Positions 10,751-23,195 of a stretch of 64,000 nt of DNA are shown here, piece after piece. The stretch spans positions 608,001 through 672,000 of the forward strand of contig CAWCPV010000003.1 in the NCBI GenBank assembly GCA_963797555.1, written 5' to 3'. Below the pieces are notes generated by a model. It searched no databases. It had not been told where the DNA came from and was given only the letters and a program-made list of their open reading frames with translations. Both the position numbers and the translations under genes were made by a program. Source of the stretch: an uncultured Gammaproteobacteria bacterium. Its GTDB lineage: Bacteria; Pseudomonadota; Gammaproteobacteria; CAWCPV01. Position 1 is the stretch's first letter. The number at the start of each line of letters is the position of its first letter.

Positions 10751-12376
10751 ATGTTCGCGCGGGCCTACCGATGGCTGGACCGGAACATCCTCGAGCTGGC
10801 TCGGGAGATGCGCCTGTCCTATCTGCCGCCGCTCATGGTCTACCTGGCGGCGGGGGTCTCCGGCCTGACCGGCATCGTCGGGACGTTCTTCGTCAAGGAC
10901 TATCTGGGACTCTCGGCGGAGTTCCTGGCCGCCCTCGGCTTCTGGGCCGGCATCCCGTGGGTGCTGAAGATGCCCATGGGACACGTGGTCGACCTCATCT
11001 GGCGCTTCAAGTCGGCGCTCGTGTTCCTCGGCGCCGGGCTGATCGCCGTGAGCCTGCTCATCATGGTCGGCCTGCTCGGCTATACCGACCTGATGCGGCG
11101 GTTCGCCTCGGTCGAGGCCTGGTATGTGGCGAGCGCCATCCTGGCCCCCACCGGCTACGTCATCCAGGACGTGGTCGCCGACGCCATGACGGTGGAGGCG
11201 GTGCCGCGGGTGGATCGCGTAGGCCAGCCGTTCGACGCGGCAGCGCGGCGCCTCATGCACACCACCATGCAGACCCTGGGGCGGGTCGCGATCATCGTCG
11301 GCGGAGTCGCGGTCGCACTGCTCAACGTGTTCATGTTCAGCGGCGTGGAGCAGATCGGGGAGGCCCAGAAGGTGCGGATCTACCTGCAGATCTACGAGCT
11401 GGCGCTGGCCATCCCGGTGATCTCGGTGCTGGGGGTGGTGCTCGGGGATCTGCTCAAGGTACGCGACGCCCGCCGCCTGCGGCGCAAAGGCTTCGATGCG
11501 GGCCAGATCCGCGAGCTGCTCCAGGGGCATTGGGAGCGGCCGTCCGCGAACTGGTGGATCCTGGGGGGCAGCCTCGCCTTCGGCGTGTTCACGGTCTTCA
11601 TGGGCGTGACCGGGATCTTGTACAGCCAGGAGATCATCTTCGCAGGGTCCCTGGGAATCGTGCTGTTCCTGATGTCCCGGCTGGTTCGCGTGTTGGAGGT
11701 CGACGCGCGCCGGGTGCTGGTCGGAACGGCGGTCATCATCTTCGTGTTCCGGGCCATGCCCGGCCCCGGACCCGGGTCCACTTGGTGGATGATCGACCAG
11801 CTCGGCTTCGACCAGCGGTTCCTGTCGATCCTGTCCCTCATCGGGAGCGGCCTGACGCTGGCCGGGATGTTCATCTTCCGCCGCTTCATGGCGGAGCAAT
11901 CGATTGCCTACGTCGTGGCCTTCCTCACCCTGGTCGGCACGCTGCTCAGCCTGCCCGTCATCGGCATGTACTACGGTTTCGCCGACTGGACGGCCACCCA
12001 CACCGGCGGCGTGGTGGACGCGCGGTTCATCGCCCTGGTCGACACCGCCCTGGAGTCCCCCCTCGGCCAGATCGCCATGATCCCCATGCTGGCCTGGATC
12101 GCCAACTCCGCCCCGGCAAGCCTCAAGGCCACCTTCTTCGCGGTGATGGCCTCGTTCACCAACCTGGCGTTATCGCTCGGGCAGCTCGGCACCAAGTACC
12201 TGAACGCGATCTTCACGGTGAGCCGGGAGGTCAAGGACCACGTCACTGGCGCCGTGACGGTGCCGGCCGACTATAGCAAGCTCGGGGTGCTGCTGGTCAC
12301 CGCGACGGGCGTCGGACTGATCCTGCCGCTCGCGGCCATCCTGGTGGTGAAGGCGACCCGCCTGCGCAGTGCTTGA
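10751..12376 (+). CDS. MFS-fold transporter, BT1/folate-biopterin transporter-like
   Basis: About 12+ TM segments, PWVLKMP and QDVVADAMTVE motifs, GGGAGG RBS before ATG 10751. Confidence 0.75.
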   Translation: MFARAYRWLDRNILELAREMRLSYLPPLMVYLAAGVSGLTGIVGTFFVKDYLGLSAEFLAALGFWAGIPWVLKMPMGHVVDLIWRFKSALVFLGAGLIAVSLLIMVGLLGYTDLMRRFASVEAWYVASAILAPTGYVIQDVVADAMTVEAVPRVDRVGQPFDAAARRLMHTTMQTLGRVAIIVGGVAVALLNVFMFSGVEQIGEAQKVRIYLQIYELALAIPVISVLGVVLGDLLKVRDARRLRRKGFDAGQIRELLQGHWERPSANWWILGGSLAFGVFTVFMGVTGILYSQEIIFAGSLGIVLFLMSRLVRVLEVDARRVLVGTAVIIFVFRAMPGPGPGSTWWMIDQLGFDQRFLSILSLIGSGLTLAGMFIFRRFMAEQSIAYVVAFLTLVGTLLSLPVIGMYYGFADWTATHTGGVVDARFIALVDTALESPLGQIAMIPMLAWIANSAPASLKATFFAVMASFTNLALSLGQLGTKYLNAIFTVSREVKDHVTGAVTVPADYSKLGVLLVTATGVGLILPLAAILVVKATRLRSA

Positions 12377-12775
12377 GCGAGGCGACCGGCCTCGGTGCGG
12401 CGGCACGGACGGGGCGGGTCTACGCCACCGCGGTGCCCGGGTTCGGCCCACGCGGTGTGGCGCCGGGAAGGGTCAACCGGATTCGACCCGAGTACAGTCG
12501 AGCGGAAGGTCCACGCAGTGGACCTACGTCGCCAGCGCGTCCGACCGGGTGCGCGCCGTGGGCGAACCGGGACGGCGGACCCGTCGCCCCGGCCTTCCTC
12601 TTCACGGCCCGGCGCGATGTAGCGCGGGAGGGTGCGGACCTGTGACCAGGCGAACCGTGAAGGTCCAAACAGCTATACTTTTGCCCGAGACTGCCCATCC
12701 ATGGCGGACCATAACCGCCGGGGCCGCAACCCGGTCCGCCGCGAGACCGCACCGTAACCCGTCGAGGACAGAGCC

Positions 12776-13456
12776 ATGCCGAGCATCTTCAAGCGCATCA
12801 ACGACATCATCGCCGCCAACATCAACGACCTGATCGACCGGGTCGAGGACCCGGAGCGCATGATCAAGCAGATCATCCGGGAGATGGAGGAGAACATTGG
12901 CCAAGCCAAGGAAGGGGTGATCGACGCCATCGCCAGCGAAAAGCAGCTCCAAAAGGAGGTCGAGGGGCACCGCCGCCACGCCGACGAATGGCAGGCCAAG
13001 GCGGAGGCGGCCTTGCGGGAGGGCAAGGAGGAGCTGGCCCGGTCTGCGCTGGCGCGCAAGAAGGAGCACGATCGGGTCCTGGCGAGCCTGGACCCCGCCT
13101 GGGAGTCCGCGATCAACACCAGCGCCAGCCTCAAGGCCCAGCTCCGCGCGCTGGAGGCCAAGCTGGAGGAGGCGAAGCGCAAACGCGGCACGCTGGTGGC
13201 GCGCCAGCGGGCCGCCGAGGCGCGCGAGCAGATGGAACGCATCGGCAGCCACTTCCAGACCGGTCTGGACGCGCAGAAGAACTTCATTCGCATGGAAGAC
13301 AAGGTGTCGGAGATGGAGGCCCGCACCGCGGCAATTCAGGAAGTCAACAGCGACCGCTCGGCGCTGGAGCGGAAGATCATGGCGATGGAGACGGACGCGG
13401 AGGTGGAGGCGGAGCTTGCCGAGCTGAAGAGCAAGCTACAGAACAAGAACGACTGA
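12776..13456 (+). CDS. pspA: PspA/IM30 (Vipp1/ESCRT-III superfamily) protein
   Basis: MPSIFKRINDIIAANINDLIDRVEDPERMIKQIIREME.., coiled coil, A..AL..G.EELARSAL. Confidence 0.93.
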   Translation: MPSIFKRINDIIAANINDLIDRVEDPERMIKQIIREMEENIGQAKEGVIDAIASEKQLQKEVEGHRRHADEWQAKAEAALREGKEELARSALARKKEHDRVLASLDPAWESAINTSASLKAQLRALEAKLEEAKRKRGTLVARQRAAEAREQMERIGSHFQTGLDAQKNFIRMEDKVSEMEARTAAIQEVNSDRSALERKIMAMETDAEVEAELAELKSKLQNKND

Positions 13457-13597
13457 GAGCTTGTGAATAAATCTACTGCGCGTCCCGATAGCCGCGTTGC
13501 GCGGTGCTCGCTCCTCGCCTATCTACTTGATATGTCTCGTCACTGCGCTCCGTACGCCTTGCTCTCGGGCCGCTCGCGACGATTTCTTCACAAGCTC
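13457..13597. mobile_element. ~141-bp MITE-like element (complete copy)
   Basis: Terminal inverted repeats GAGCTTGTGAATAAATC / GATTTCTTCACAAGCTC (16/17 match), flanked by TGA on both sides (13454-56 is the pspA stop; 13598-600). Confidence 0.8.
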
Positions 13598-13667
13598 TGA
13601 GAGGCGGCGCGGCGCGCGCCGCGCGAGTGCACCGGCGGCGCCGGCCCGCGCTGCCAAAGGGGGCAGC

Positions 13668-16269
13668 ATGGGGTGGATAATCGCGTTCATCCTGGCGATC
13701 TCTGTTCGCCTCTAAGCGGGCAGAGCTGAAACGGCTCCGCTCCAAGGGGGGACGGCGCGAGGCGCACGGGCGCCCGGCGTCGACCACGGACACCGGAGAC
13801 GTGGCGGCGCTGCCTGGCGCCGATGACCTGATCATCCTGCGCCTGCAGCTCCGACGGATGGCCGACGCCGGGGAGCTGGATGAGGAGACGTACCGCCGGC
13901 TGTCCGAGCAGGTGGACGCCCAGTGGCGTGCAGTCTTGGAGGCGGCGCGCATCCAGCCTGACAGCACGGCCTGGCGAGAGCGCTGCCGTGCGGCGTGGCG
14001 CGTCCTGGCCGCCCACGGACACGTGCCCTTCGGGCCGTCGCCCTGGGAAGAGGCGTGGGGGACGGCACAGCTCGGGCTCGATCTCGAGCCGCCAGCAACC
14101 CCTCCGGTCCCCGTATCGGCGCCCTCGCCGGCCGCGACCGAGCCGCGTCCCATCGCCGCAGCGACTCCCGAGACGCCCGCGCGTGCATTCCCCGCCCCGG
14201 CTCGCGCGCCGGCAGCGCGCGTTGCGGCAAGACGGACCGAAGTCGTGCCCGAGACGGGTACCAGCCATGCCTGGAGGCCGGCCGAGCCAAGTCCGCTTGA
14301 AAAGGCGTTGCGCGCGGTTTCCGGCTGGCCCAGGGCGATCCTGCCCTTCCTGGCACAGAACATCGGCTGGTTCATCGGCGGCTTCCTGTTTCTCGCCGGC
14401 TCGGTGTTCCTGGTGGCCTACACCAGCGGCTTCATCAAGGGCCTGGTGGTATTCGCTGCGCTGTTCGCCTACACCACGTCCCTGCTCTGGGGAGGTTACC
14501 AGCTCCGCCTCAGGGAACCCGCGCTCCGGACCGGAAGTGCGACACTGATGACGTTGGGCCTGCTGCTGGTGCCGCTCAACCTGAGCGCGGTCGCGCGCCT
14601 GATAGTTGCGGGCGCCGGCTCGTTCTGGCTGGAGGCGGTCGGGCTGCTCACTGCCGCCCTGGCAGTGGGCGTTTTTCTCTTCGCGGCGCAGGTGGTAGCG
14701 GGCGTCACCGACCGGGCGCTGCAAGGCGCCCACCCCCGCGTGTTCCTGGGGCTCTCCTCGGTGCAGCTCGCCCTGCCCTTGCTGGATCGCTGGCCCGCCT
14801 GGCCCTTGCTCGCCGCGCTGCATCTCAGTCTGCTCGGACTGCTCGGGTACGGCTTGGTGAGCTACGCTCGCGATTGGATGCGCTCGATCTTCGTGGAGCG
14901 GCGCACCATCGCCTATTTCGCGGCCGGCACCCTGATCTACGCGGCGCTCATATCCTTCGTCCATCTGACGTGGGGGGCGGTGCCTCTCGCCCTCCCGGCG
15001 GGTTACTACGCACCTTACCTGATGACGGTATGCGGGCTGCTGTTCTATCTGGACGCCCAGTTCAAGGAATGGGTGCATCAGCACGCCTTCCTGTCGCGCT
15101 TCAGCTTCCTGATCTACGGCCTGTCGGTGCTGGCCGTAGCGCTTGCGCTCGACGCGCCGACGGCGCGTCTCATCACGCTGGTGCTCGCGGCAGCCGTTTA
15201 CGGCACGGTCGCCTGGCGCTACCTCACCCTGGTGCCCGTCTACCTGCTCCTCGCGAGCCTGGGCAGTCTCTATGGCCTGCTGATCCTGCAGCCGTTGCCG
15301 GCGGACCAGCACTTCCTCGGGAGCCTGCCCGGACTTGCCGGGATGCTCGCGCTAAGCCGCTGGGCGCAGGGGCTCGCCGCCAGGCGTCCGGGCGCCCGCG
15401 CCATCGCAGCCATGATCCACCGGGTGCTTTTCGGACTCGGCCTCGGCCTGGCCGCCTGGAGCCTCTACCATGCGCGTCCCGGCCTGCCGGCCATGACCAC
15501 GGCGCTGGTGCTGGCCGCGGCAGCCTGGTGGATGCTCGGGGCGGCACCGGCGCCGCTTCTCGGCCGCCTCGAAGGTGCGCAGCCGGAGTCGCAGACCCCG
15601 CCCGTGATGGCGGATCTGCGCAACGGACCCTGGCTGTACGCGGTCACTCTGGCGATGAGCGCGGCCGCTGCGTATGCCCCTCCCTGGATTCACCTGATGC
15701 CGGGGCTGCGCGTGGGCCTCGCCTTCGCCTTGCTGGCCTGGGTCTGGACTTGGCGGGCCGTGAACACGCGCCGCCGCGGACCGCAAGCCGCGCGGATCGA
15801 AGTGTACGCCAACAGCGCGTTGCTGAGCGTCGCCGTGGGCCTCGTCCTGGCGGTGCCGGTGCTTCCGCTGACGGGGACCTGGGCCGCGCTCCTCGCCCTG
15901 GTGCTGGCAGACACCGCCGGGGTGCTGGTGTGGCTGAGCCTGGGCCTGTACGTCCGCTGGCTCTTCTACGGCTTCCTGGTGCTGGCGGGCGGCGCCGCGG
16001 TGCTGATCAAGCTGGCGTTCTTTCCCGGACCGTCCACCGGCGCACCGGCGCTGATCGCGGGCCTCGCGGTCTGGGGCCTGCTGTGGTGGCTGGACCGCCA
16101 GCCGGACGCGCTGGAGGCCCTCAGGGCAGAAAAGCTGCCGCGGCCCCTTACGCTGCTCTGGGTATTGCCGGCGGCGGAGGGCTTCGGCGTGTCGGGCCAG
16201 CGCCGGCGAGGCCCCCTCGTCCCGAGGCCGCCCGGTCCTGTCACCCGCGAGGGATCCGGCGATGTATAA
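13668..16269 (+). CDS. Very large polytopic membrane protein A (DUF2157/DUF2339-like); apparent frameshift near 13701
   Basis: ATG 13668 (MGWIIAFILAI) joins the frame of ORF 13801 after a shift. A soluble domain and Pro/Ala linker are followed by roughly 20 hydrophobic helices starting at NIGWFIGGFLFLAGS. Confidence 0.75.
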
Positions 16270-19200
16270 GTCCCTGCTGCGCCCGCCGCTGGGACAGACG
16301 TTGCTTCTGCTCTGGGTCGTCGGCCTCGTCCAGGTGACGCTGTGGCTAGTCCAGGCCCGCCCTCCTGCGGCGCTGACCGGCCCTGCGCTGCTCGGCGCCG
16401 CGCTCTCCGTCCTGATCTCGGCGCGGCTGCGCCGACCCCCGGTCCTGGTCGCCGCCGTCTTGCTCGGCCTGGTCGCGGTCTTCTCCATCGCAGGCCGGAT
16501 CGACAGTGCCGGGCCGGTCACCTGGGCGACGCTCACGGCCCTCTATGGGCTGGCGCTGTGGGGGCTCGTGGTGTCGACCCTGAGGCTGCGGGCGACCGAC
16601 CGGGTCGTGGCGCTGCTCGGCCTGAGCGGCGGCTACCCGCGGCCTGGGGGCCGGGTCGCGGTCGAATCCGTCACGCACTGGAGCAGCTTCACGCTCGCGG
16701 GTTTAGCCCTGGCAGGCTTCGCACTCGGGCACGGCGCGCGCGCGATACCGCCCGCGCCCCTGCCGGCGCTGGCCCTCAGCCTCGCGTTCCTGTGGCTCGC
16801 GGGGCGGCGTTACGGACTGCGGCTGCACAGCTATCTGTTGATTGGGCTGGGCCTGTGGGGCGTGCTCGGCGTCTACGCCGGGCTCAGCGCACCCGGCACC
16901 CGGCCCGCGGGGATCACCCCCGACGATTCGGGGCTGGGCTTCGTCCTCGCCTGTTACGGCCTCGCCGCTTGGGCCTTGGGCCAGCGCATCGCCGCCCGAG
17001 CGTCCGTGGCGGCGCTCAAGACGACTGCAGGCGACCTCTATTCTCGGCCGCTGCAAGTCTTTGCCGAGATCGTCGCCTGTTTGGCGGCAGCCCAGGCCGT
17101 GGTCACGGCGCTCGCGGGCGTGCTGGTTCCTCCAGGCTGGCCCGCGATGGCGGCCTGCGGCATGGCGGCGCTGACCCTGCTGCTGCCCGACCAGTCCCGC
17201 CCACACCCAGCGCTCACGCTCGTCGGGGTAGGCCTCGCGACGCTCACTCTGGCCTGGCTCTTCAGCGCAAGCATCCACCACACCCTGCCGTTCGGGCTTT
17301 GGCCGGGAGGTCCCGCGACCGGTGATGAGTGGCTCGTCCTAGCCCTGCTCGCCTTGGGGCTCGCCTCCTCCGCTCAGGTCCTCATGCGTCATCCGCGATG
17401 GGACCGGCTCTACGCACCTCCCCTCTGGATCGGGGCCGCCCTGACGTACGGCTGGACGCTGGCCGCAGCCCTAGCCATGCTGACGCACCAAGACACCGCT
17501 TATTTGGCGCCGGTGGCCGCAGTCCTGATCGCGGGGCTGTTTCCCCTGTTGCGACCGCTCGGCGAGATCGCGCCGAGCGTCCGGGGCGTCGGGCTGGCGC
17601 TCCTATCCACCCTGCTCGCCATGAGCCTGCTCGGCCCTTCGATGCTGGAGCGCTGGGGGGCGTTGGCCAGCGTAGTCTGGGCTTATGCGCTCTGGGCCAC
17701 GGGAAATCTCCTGCTGCCCCGCTTCAACGCGCGCTTTCCTCGGTCGGCCGCGGCTCCGGATGTCTGGCCGTGGCTCGGCTTGCTCTCGCTGGGCCTGGGC
17801 TTGGTCCTGACCGGACCCTCCGCGGCGCTGCGCTCGGGCTATGCCCTCGCGACCGCCGGCTATCTCTTTCTGATGCTGCGCAACAGCGCGTGGCCCGGCT
17901 TCCTCTGGGGAGCGGTGCTGGCACTGGCCTGGGTCGGCGTGGCGTTCAGCCTGGCGCGGCACCTCGACGGCATCTTCGCCTGGCGCCTGGATGCGGCGGG
18001 CGGCGCGGCGATCGAGATGCTGCTCTGGGCGAACGCGCTGCTCCTCGGGGTACCGCTCTGGCGACGCCATGGGAAGACACTCGCGGGGTGGGTCGGCTGG
18101 CGCAACTCCGCACTGCAGCCGCCGCTGGTCCCGGCGGCATTCGCTCTGTGCGGCCTCTGGCTCTTCCTGCTCGGGGTCTGGGACGTGGCGGTAATCCGGA
18201 CCCCCGAACTGGCACCGGCGGAAGCATCCGCCATGGTGATCGGAATACTGCTGTCACTCTCTCTGCTCCACGGCCTGCTCTGGTGGCGCTCGGAAGCCGC
18301 CGCCCAACTGCTGCTCCTGGGAGTGCTCTGCACCGTGCTGGCGGCGTGGGGGACGTGGCAGCCATTTCACCTGCCCCTGCTCCTCGCGCTCTGGGCGGCC
18401 GCATTGCTCGTCGCGGCTGCCGCCTTCCCCGCAACCGCAACGGGGCTCAGGGGCCTGCTCGGCCAGGCGCTCGAGCCCTGGTATGGGACGAGCCCGCTGG
18501 CAGCTTTGGCAGCTCTGGTGCTCGCACCGGGGATTCTCGCTCCCCGAGCGTCTGCTGACCGTGGCGGTGCTGTCGGGAACGGCGGCCCGCCTCGGCTGGC
18601 GCCGCCGGGACCGCGCGTGGCTTTACGGTGCGGCGCTGCTGGTTTTGGTCCTGCTGCACGGCGTGTGGTTCATCTGGATCCCGGTCGGCCAAGCCCTGGC
18701 GCTGCTCCCCTGGGTCTCCCTGGAGCTGGCTTTGCTCACCTGGGCCGTGCGTTGGCTCGTCTCACGCCTGCGGCGCGACCTGGGCGCGCGCGGAGAGGCG
18801 CTCACTCTCGTCGCCCGGACCCTCGCGCAGGTCACCCCATGGGTGGCGGGCCTGGCAGTCGCGGAGTGGGTCGTGCACCTCGGGAGCTTCGCATATACCT
18901 TGGGGGAGCGCTCGGGGGGACAAGGGCTGGTCGGGGTCTGGGACAGCATCGCGTCCCTGCTCGCCGTCGCTCTGCTGACGACCCTCGGTATCGCGGAAGC
19001 ACGGCGCCGGGGGCACGTCGGCTGGGTTTACGGCATCGCGCTTCTGGCAGGCCTCGGACTGGTGTACGTCCGCCTACTCTGGGCGGGGCTCGCGCCGCTC
19101 AGCGTGTGGGACACAGCGGCGATCATGGCTGCGGCATACGCTTTGTTCATACTGCAGCGCCTCACCCTGTCGGGGCCGATACTGCATCTGGCGATGTTGC

Positions 19201-19835
19201 TGCCGCTGCTCGCACTCTTCACGGTGCCGCTGCAGCTTGGTTCGGGCCATGCCGGTCTCACCTTGCTGTCGGCAGGGACCCTCTACCTGCTGACGCGCCG
19301 CGCCACCGGGATGCGCACGCCGCTCTACCTCGGCCTGCTGGCACTCAACGCAGCGATTTACCTCTGGATCCCGGACTTGGCTCGGCGATATGGGCTGCTC
19401 CAGGTTTATCTGGTCCCGGCAACAGTGAGCGTCCTGGTCCTGCTCCATCTGCACCGCCGCGAGATCAAACCCAGCGTGTTGAACGGCGCACGCCTCGCCG
19501 CTCTCAGCACGCTATATGCCGCCGCCACGCTGGACGTTTTCCTGCGCCAGGAGCTGGCGGTCTTCGTGCTGGCGCTCGGATTGAGCTTGACCAGCATCGC
19601 GGTGGGCATCGGAACGCGCACCCGCGCCTTCCTCTATGTGGGCGTCGCGTTCCTCGTCCTCAACGTGCTCGGGCAACTGATCCAACTCTACCCGGAACAG
19701 CGCCTGGGGCGGGCGCTGGCGCTCATGGCTCTGGGTGCCGCGATCACCGCTCTCATGGTCTGGTTCAGCATGAAACGGGAAGCCGTGCTGCAGCGCATCC
19801 GCGTGTTTCGCGCGGATCTCGAAAGCTGGAACTGA
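16262..19835 (+). CDS. Very large polytopic membrane protein B; apparent frameshift near 18545
   Basis: ORF 16262 stays hydrophobic to about 18545, then the hydrophobic register continues in ORF 18483..19835 (..RTRAFLYVGVAFLVLNVLGQL..LESWN*). Start overlaps the stop of protein A (ATGTATAA). Confidence 0.8.
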
Positions 19836-19852
19836 GAGCTTATGAATAAATC
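19836..19852 (+). repeat. Isolated left end of the MITE family
   Basis: GAGCTTATGAATAAATC directly after the TGA stop of membrane protein B. Confidence 0.65.
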
Positions 19853-20274
19853 GCCACTCTGCCCCCCCTGGGTGGACAAACAAATGGCGAAAACCTACCT
19901 CATGCCGGTAGAGACTCGCGACTCGGCCTTACGGTGCCGGCCCGAACACCGCGATGTTGTTGGCCTCGTTCGTCTACGGCACCACATTCGATAACGTACG
20001 TGCCGGAGGCAGTAAGCCCGGCGGGCAGGCTGACCGTGAGCTTCACCCGCGTGCTTCGCCCGTAAGCCAAACCGTGAGATGCTCGTGCCTCTCCCGCCGC
20101 GCGGGAATACCGGCGTGCCTTCCGCCGCAGCGGGGACAGCCCGTAAGCTGTGGGCCGTAACCCGATGGTGGTTCCGCCGACTGCCGGGATGCGGCAGATC
20201 GCCCCTGCGGGCACCCGCGTACGCGGGCTTTCTTCGTCATGGTCGGTCACAACGATGATCCGGTTGGATTACTT

Positions 20275-20865
20275 TCAAATCATCGGCGGCTGCCCGCGGA
20301 ACACCCTATCCCAGTCGATGACGATCTGGGGCAGACTGGCCACCGCCAGGCTCTCCCTGGTCTCGCGTATGGCCGGCCGGCCATAGGCGCCATCTTCCAG
20401 GCGATAGACCGTCACCACGCGATCCACCGGGTGCACCAGCCAGTATTCCGGCACCCCCACCCGTTCGTACACCGCTAGTTTGAGTATCTGGTCGTACCCC
20501 GATGTCGCGGGGGAGAGCACCTCTACCACCCAGTCCGGCGTACCCCGGCAGCCGTGCTCGTCCAGCTTGAGCGGATCGCAGACCACAGCCAGATCGGGCT
20601 GCACCACCGTGTCGATGCGCTCATCCGCCTCCTCCCCCTTGGGCAGGCGCACATCGAAGGGGGCGATGTAAGGCCGGCAGGGCGAGCCTTCCAAAGCGTC
20701 GGCAACTTGACGGGCCAATTCCAAGAGTATCTCCTGATGCACCCGAGTCGGCGCCGGCGCCATGGCGTAGGCCGCGCCGTCGATCAGCTCGAAGCGGGCA
20801 CTCTCGCCCCACGTCAGATAGTCGGCATAGGTGTGATAGCCGGTGTCGCGCAGCGGCAGTCCCAT
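20275..20865 (-). CDS. Uma2/DUF820 family putative endonuclease
   Basis: ELIDG..MAPAP...HQ, VVQPDL.VVCD, PDWVVEVLSP, KL..YE..GVPEYWLV. Confidence 0.92.
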   Translation of the reverse strand: MGLPLRDTGYHTYADYLTWGESARFELIDGAAYAMAPAPTRVHQEILLELARQVADALEGSPCRPYIAPFDVRLPKGEEADERIDTVVQPDLAVVCDPLKLDEHGCRGTPDWVVEVLSPATSGYDQILKLAVYERVGVPEYWLVHPVDRVVTVYRLEDGAYGRPAIRETRESLAVASLPQIVIDWDRVFRGQPPMI

Positions 20866-21472
20866 GACTGGTTTCCTTCGGGGGCCAAGTATCCTGGAAA
20901 ATTCTAGGCGCGACTTCGCTCACCGTCTATCCGGGGCCGGATCACGATGAGCGCCAGCCGGCAAGTAGGGGCACGGAGCGTCTTGTAGGTGGATGGCGCG
21001 AGCCGGCGAGCCGGTGAAAGAATGTCCGACACCCGCCCGAAGGGTGGGCGTCATCCGCGCGGTTTATGCCTTCGAATTGCGTGTACGATGGCGCAACTCA
21101 TGAGGGAGCCGTCATGGCTAGTGCTAAATTCCAACAGACCATGCCACACGAACCAAAGACGGTGCGCGCGTTAGTAAGCTTCCCGCGCGTGGATAACTTC
21201 CTGCGTCCACAGGCTTTTGGGGGGGTAAAACCAGTCCGTAGGCCACAACCCGTAGTGGGTCACCGTTCAGGGAGTACTACAACCAACAGCGGGTGCACAG
21301 CTCGCTCGGCGGAGCTACACGGGCGGAAGCGGGCGGTGACACCAGGATGCCCAGAGCGGGTCTCTATCAATTCCGCTGGCAGGCGCATTGTCGCGGACTG
21401 TTCCAACTGCCCGTTGCCGCATAATTAGCAATTCGCCAGGCACACGATAAACGATCACCGCAGGAGCAATCA

Positions 21473-23132
21473 ATGAACGACACCGAGAAATCCACGACCC
21501 AGAGCTTCTTCGAGAAGCTGGCCAGCCCGAAACGGCTGCTATCGACGTTGACCATCGCAGTCGGAATGGCGCTCGCGGCGAGCACGCTGCCCGCGTTGGC
21601 GCAGACCGCCGCCGCAGCCAAGAAGCCCAACATCGTCATCATCTGGGGCGCTGACATCGGCCAGACCAATGTCAGCGCCTACTCAATGGGACTGATGGGC
21701 TTTCACACGCCCAACATCGATCGTGTCGCCAAGGAAGGGATGATCTTCACTGACTACTATGCGGAGCAGAGTTGCACCGCCGGCCGCGCGTCGTTCATTA
21801 CCGGCCAGTCCGGACTTGCGTACCGGCTTGACCAAAGTCGGCATGCCGGGCGCCACGGTAGGGTTGCAGAAGGAGGATCCGACGATTGCAGAGCTGTTGA
21901 AGGCACAAGGCTATGCCACCGGCCAATTCGGCAAAAACCATCTGGGTGACCGCAATGAGAACCTGCCTACAGTGCACGGCTTCGACGAGTTCTACGGCAA
22001 CCTGTACCACTTGAACGCGGAGGAAGAGCCGGAACAGCCGGACTATCCGAAAGACCCGGCCTTCCGCGCCAAGTTCGGGCCGCGTGGCGTGATGGACTGC
22101 AAAGCCTCGGCCACGGACGAATCCGACCGTGGATCCTGCGCTTCGGCAAGGACGGAAAACAGATGTGCAAGGATACCGGTCCACTGACCAAGAAGCGGAT
22201 GGAGACCATCGACGATGACATCGCCGACCGAGCCGAGAAATAGGCAAGGCCGGCAAGCCATGTTTGTCTGGGTGAACTTCACCCACATGCACTTCCGCAC
22301 CCACACCAAGCCGGAAAGCATCGGCCAGTCCGGGCGCTGGCAGGGTCCTTATCACGACACGATGATCGACCACGACAAGAATGTCGGCACGGTCCTCAAA
22401 GCACTGGATGAACTGGGGATCGCGGACAATACATTCGTCATGTACTCGACCGACAACGGGCCACACATGAACTCCTGGCCGGACGCAGCGATGACGCCGT
22501 TCCGCAGCGAGAAGAACTCGAACTGGGAAGGCGCTTACCGGGTGCCCGCCATGGTCCGCTGGCCGGGTCAAGATCAAGCCCGGCAGCGTGTCGAACGAGA
22601 TCTGTCGCTCACCTCGACTGGCTACCGACATTTCTGGCCATGGCTGGCGACCCGCAAATGAAGGAACAGCTGCTCAAGGGCTACAAGATCGGCAACATGA
22701 CCTACAAGGTTCATCTGGATGGCGACAACTTGGTGCCCTACCTGACCGGGCAAGCCGCAAAGAGCCCGCGGGAATCGTTCTTTTACATCAACGACGACCA
22801 GCAACTGACCGGCCTGCGCTATGACAACTGGAAACTCGTGTTCATGGAGCAGCGGACCCCTGGAACGATGCGATCTGGGCGAACCCGTTCACCAACTTGC
22901 GGCTCCCGAAGATATTCAACCTCCGCATGGACCCGTACGAACGCGCGCAGACGTCACCTCGAACACGTACTGGGACTGGGTGATCGACCATGCTTTCCTG
23001 ATGGTGCCCGCGCAGGCCTATGTGGGCAAGTTCCTGGCGACCTTCAAGGAATACCCGCCGCGACAGAAGGCGGCCAGCTTCAACATGGATGAAGTTCTTC
23101 AAAAGCTGCAGGAGAGCGACGGATCGAAGTAG
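21473..23132 (+). CDS. Arylsulfatase (Cys-type), several frameshifts
   Basis: Signal peptide, [31 protein letters not shown]; spread over ORFs 21473, 21759, 22215, 22640 and 22821. Confidence 0.85.
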
Positions 23133-23195
23133 CCCGGATGCGTGCGGGGCGCTGCCCGAGCGCCCCCCCATTCACTCGCATCAAGAGGGCCATTG

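Noticed and set aside
12650-12775. sigma54 promoter for pspA
   Set aside because: No GG-N10-GC with consensus context found; only a TATACT -10-like hexamer
18545-19849. Arg/Gly-rich C-terminus of the 1195-aa ORF
   Set aside because: Out-of-frame read-through after a frameshift; the hydrophobic frame 18483..19835 is the plausible product
19900-20200. Short GTAAGC/GTAACC-containing REP-like motifs
   Set aside because: Too short and degenerate to define a repeat family from this window
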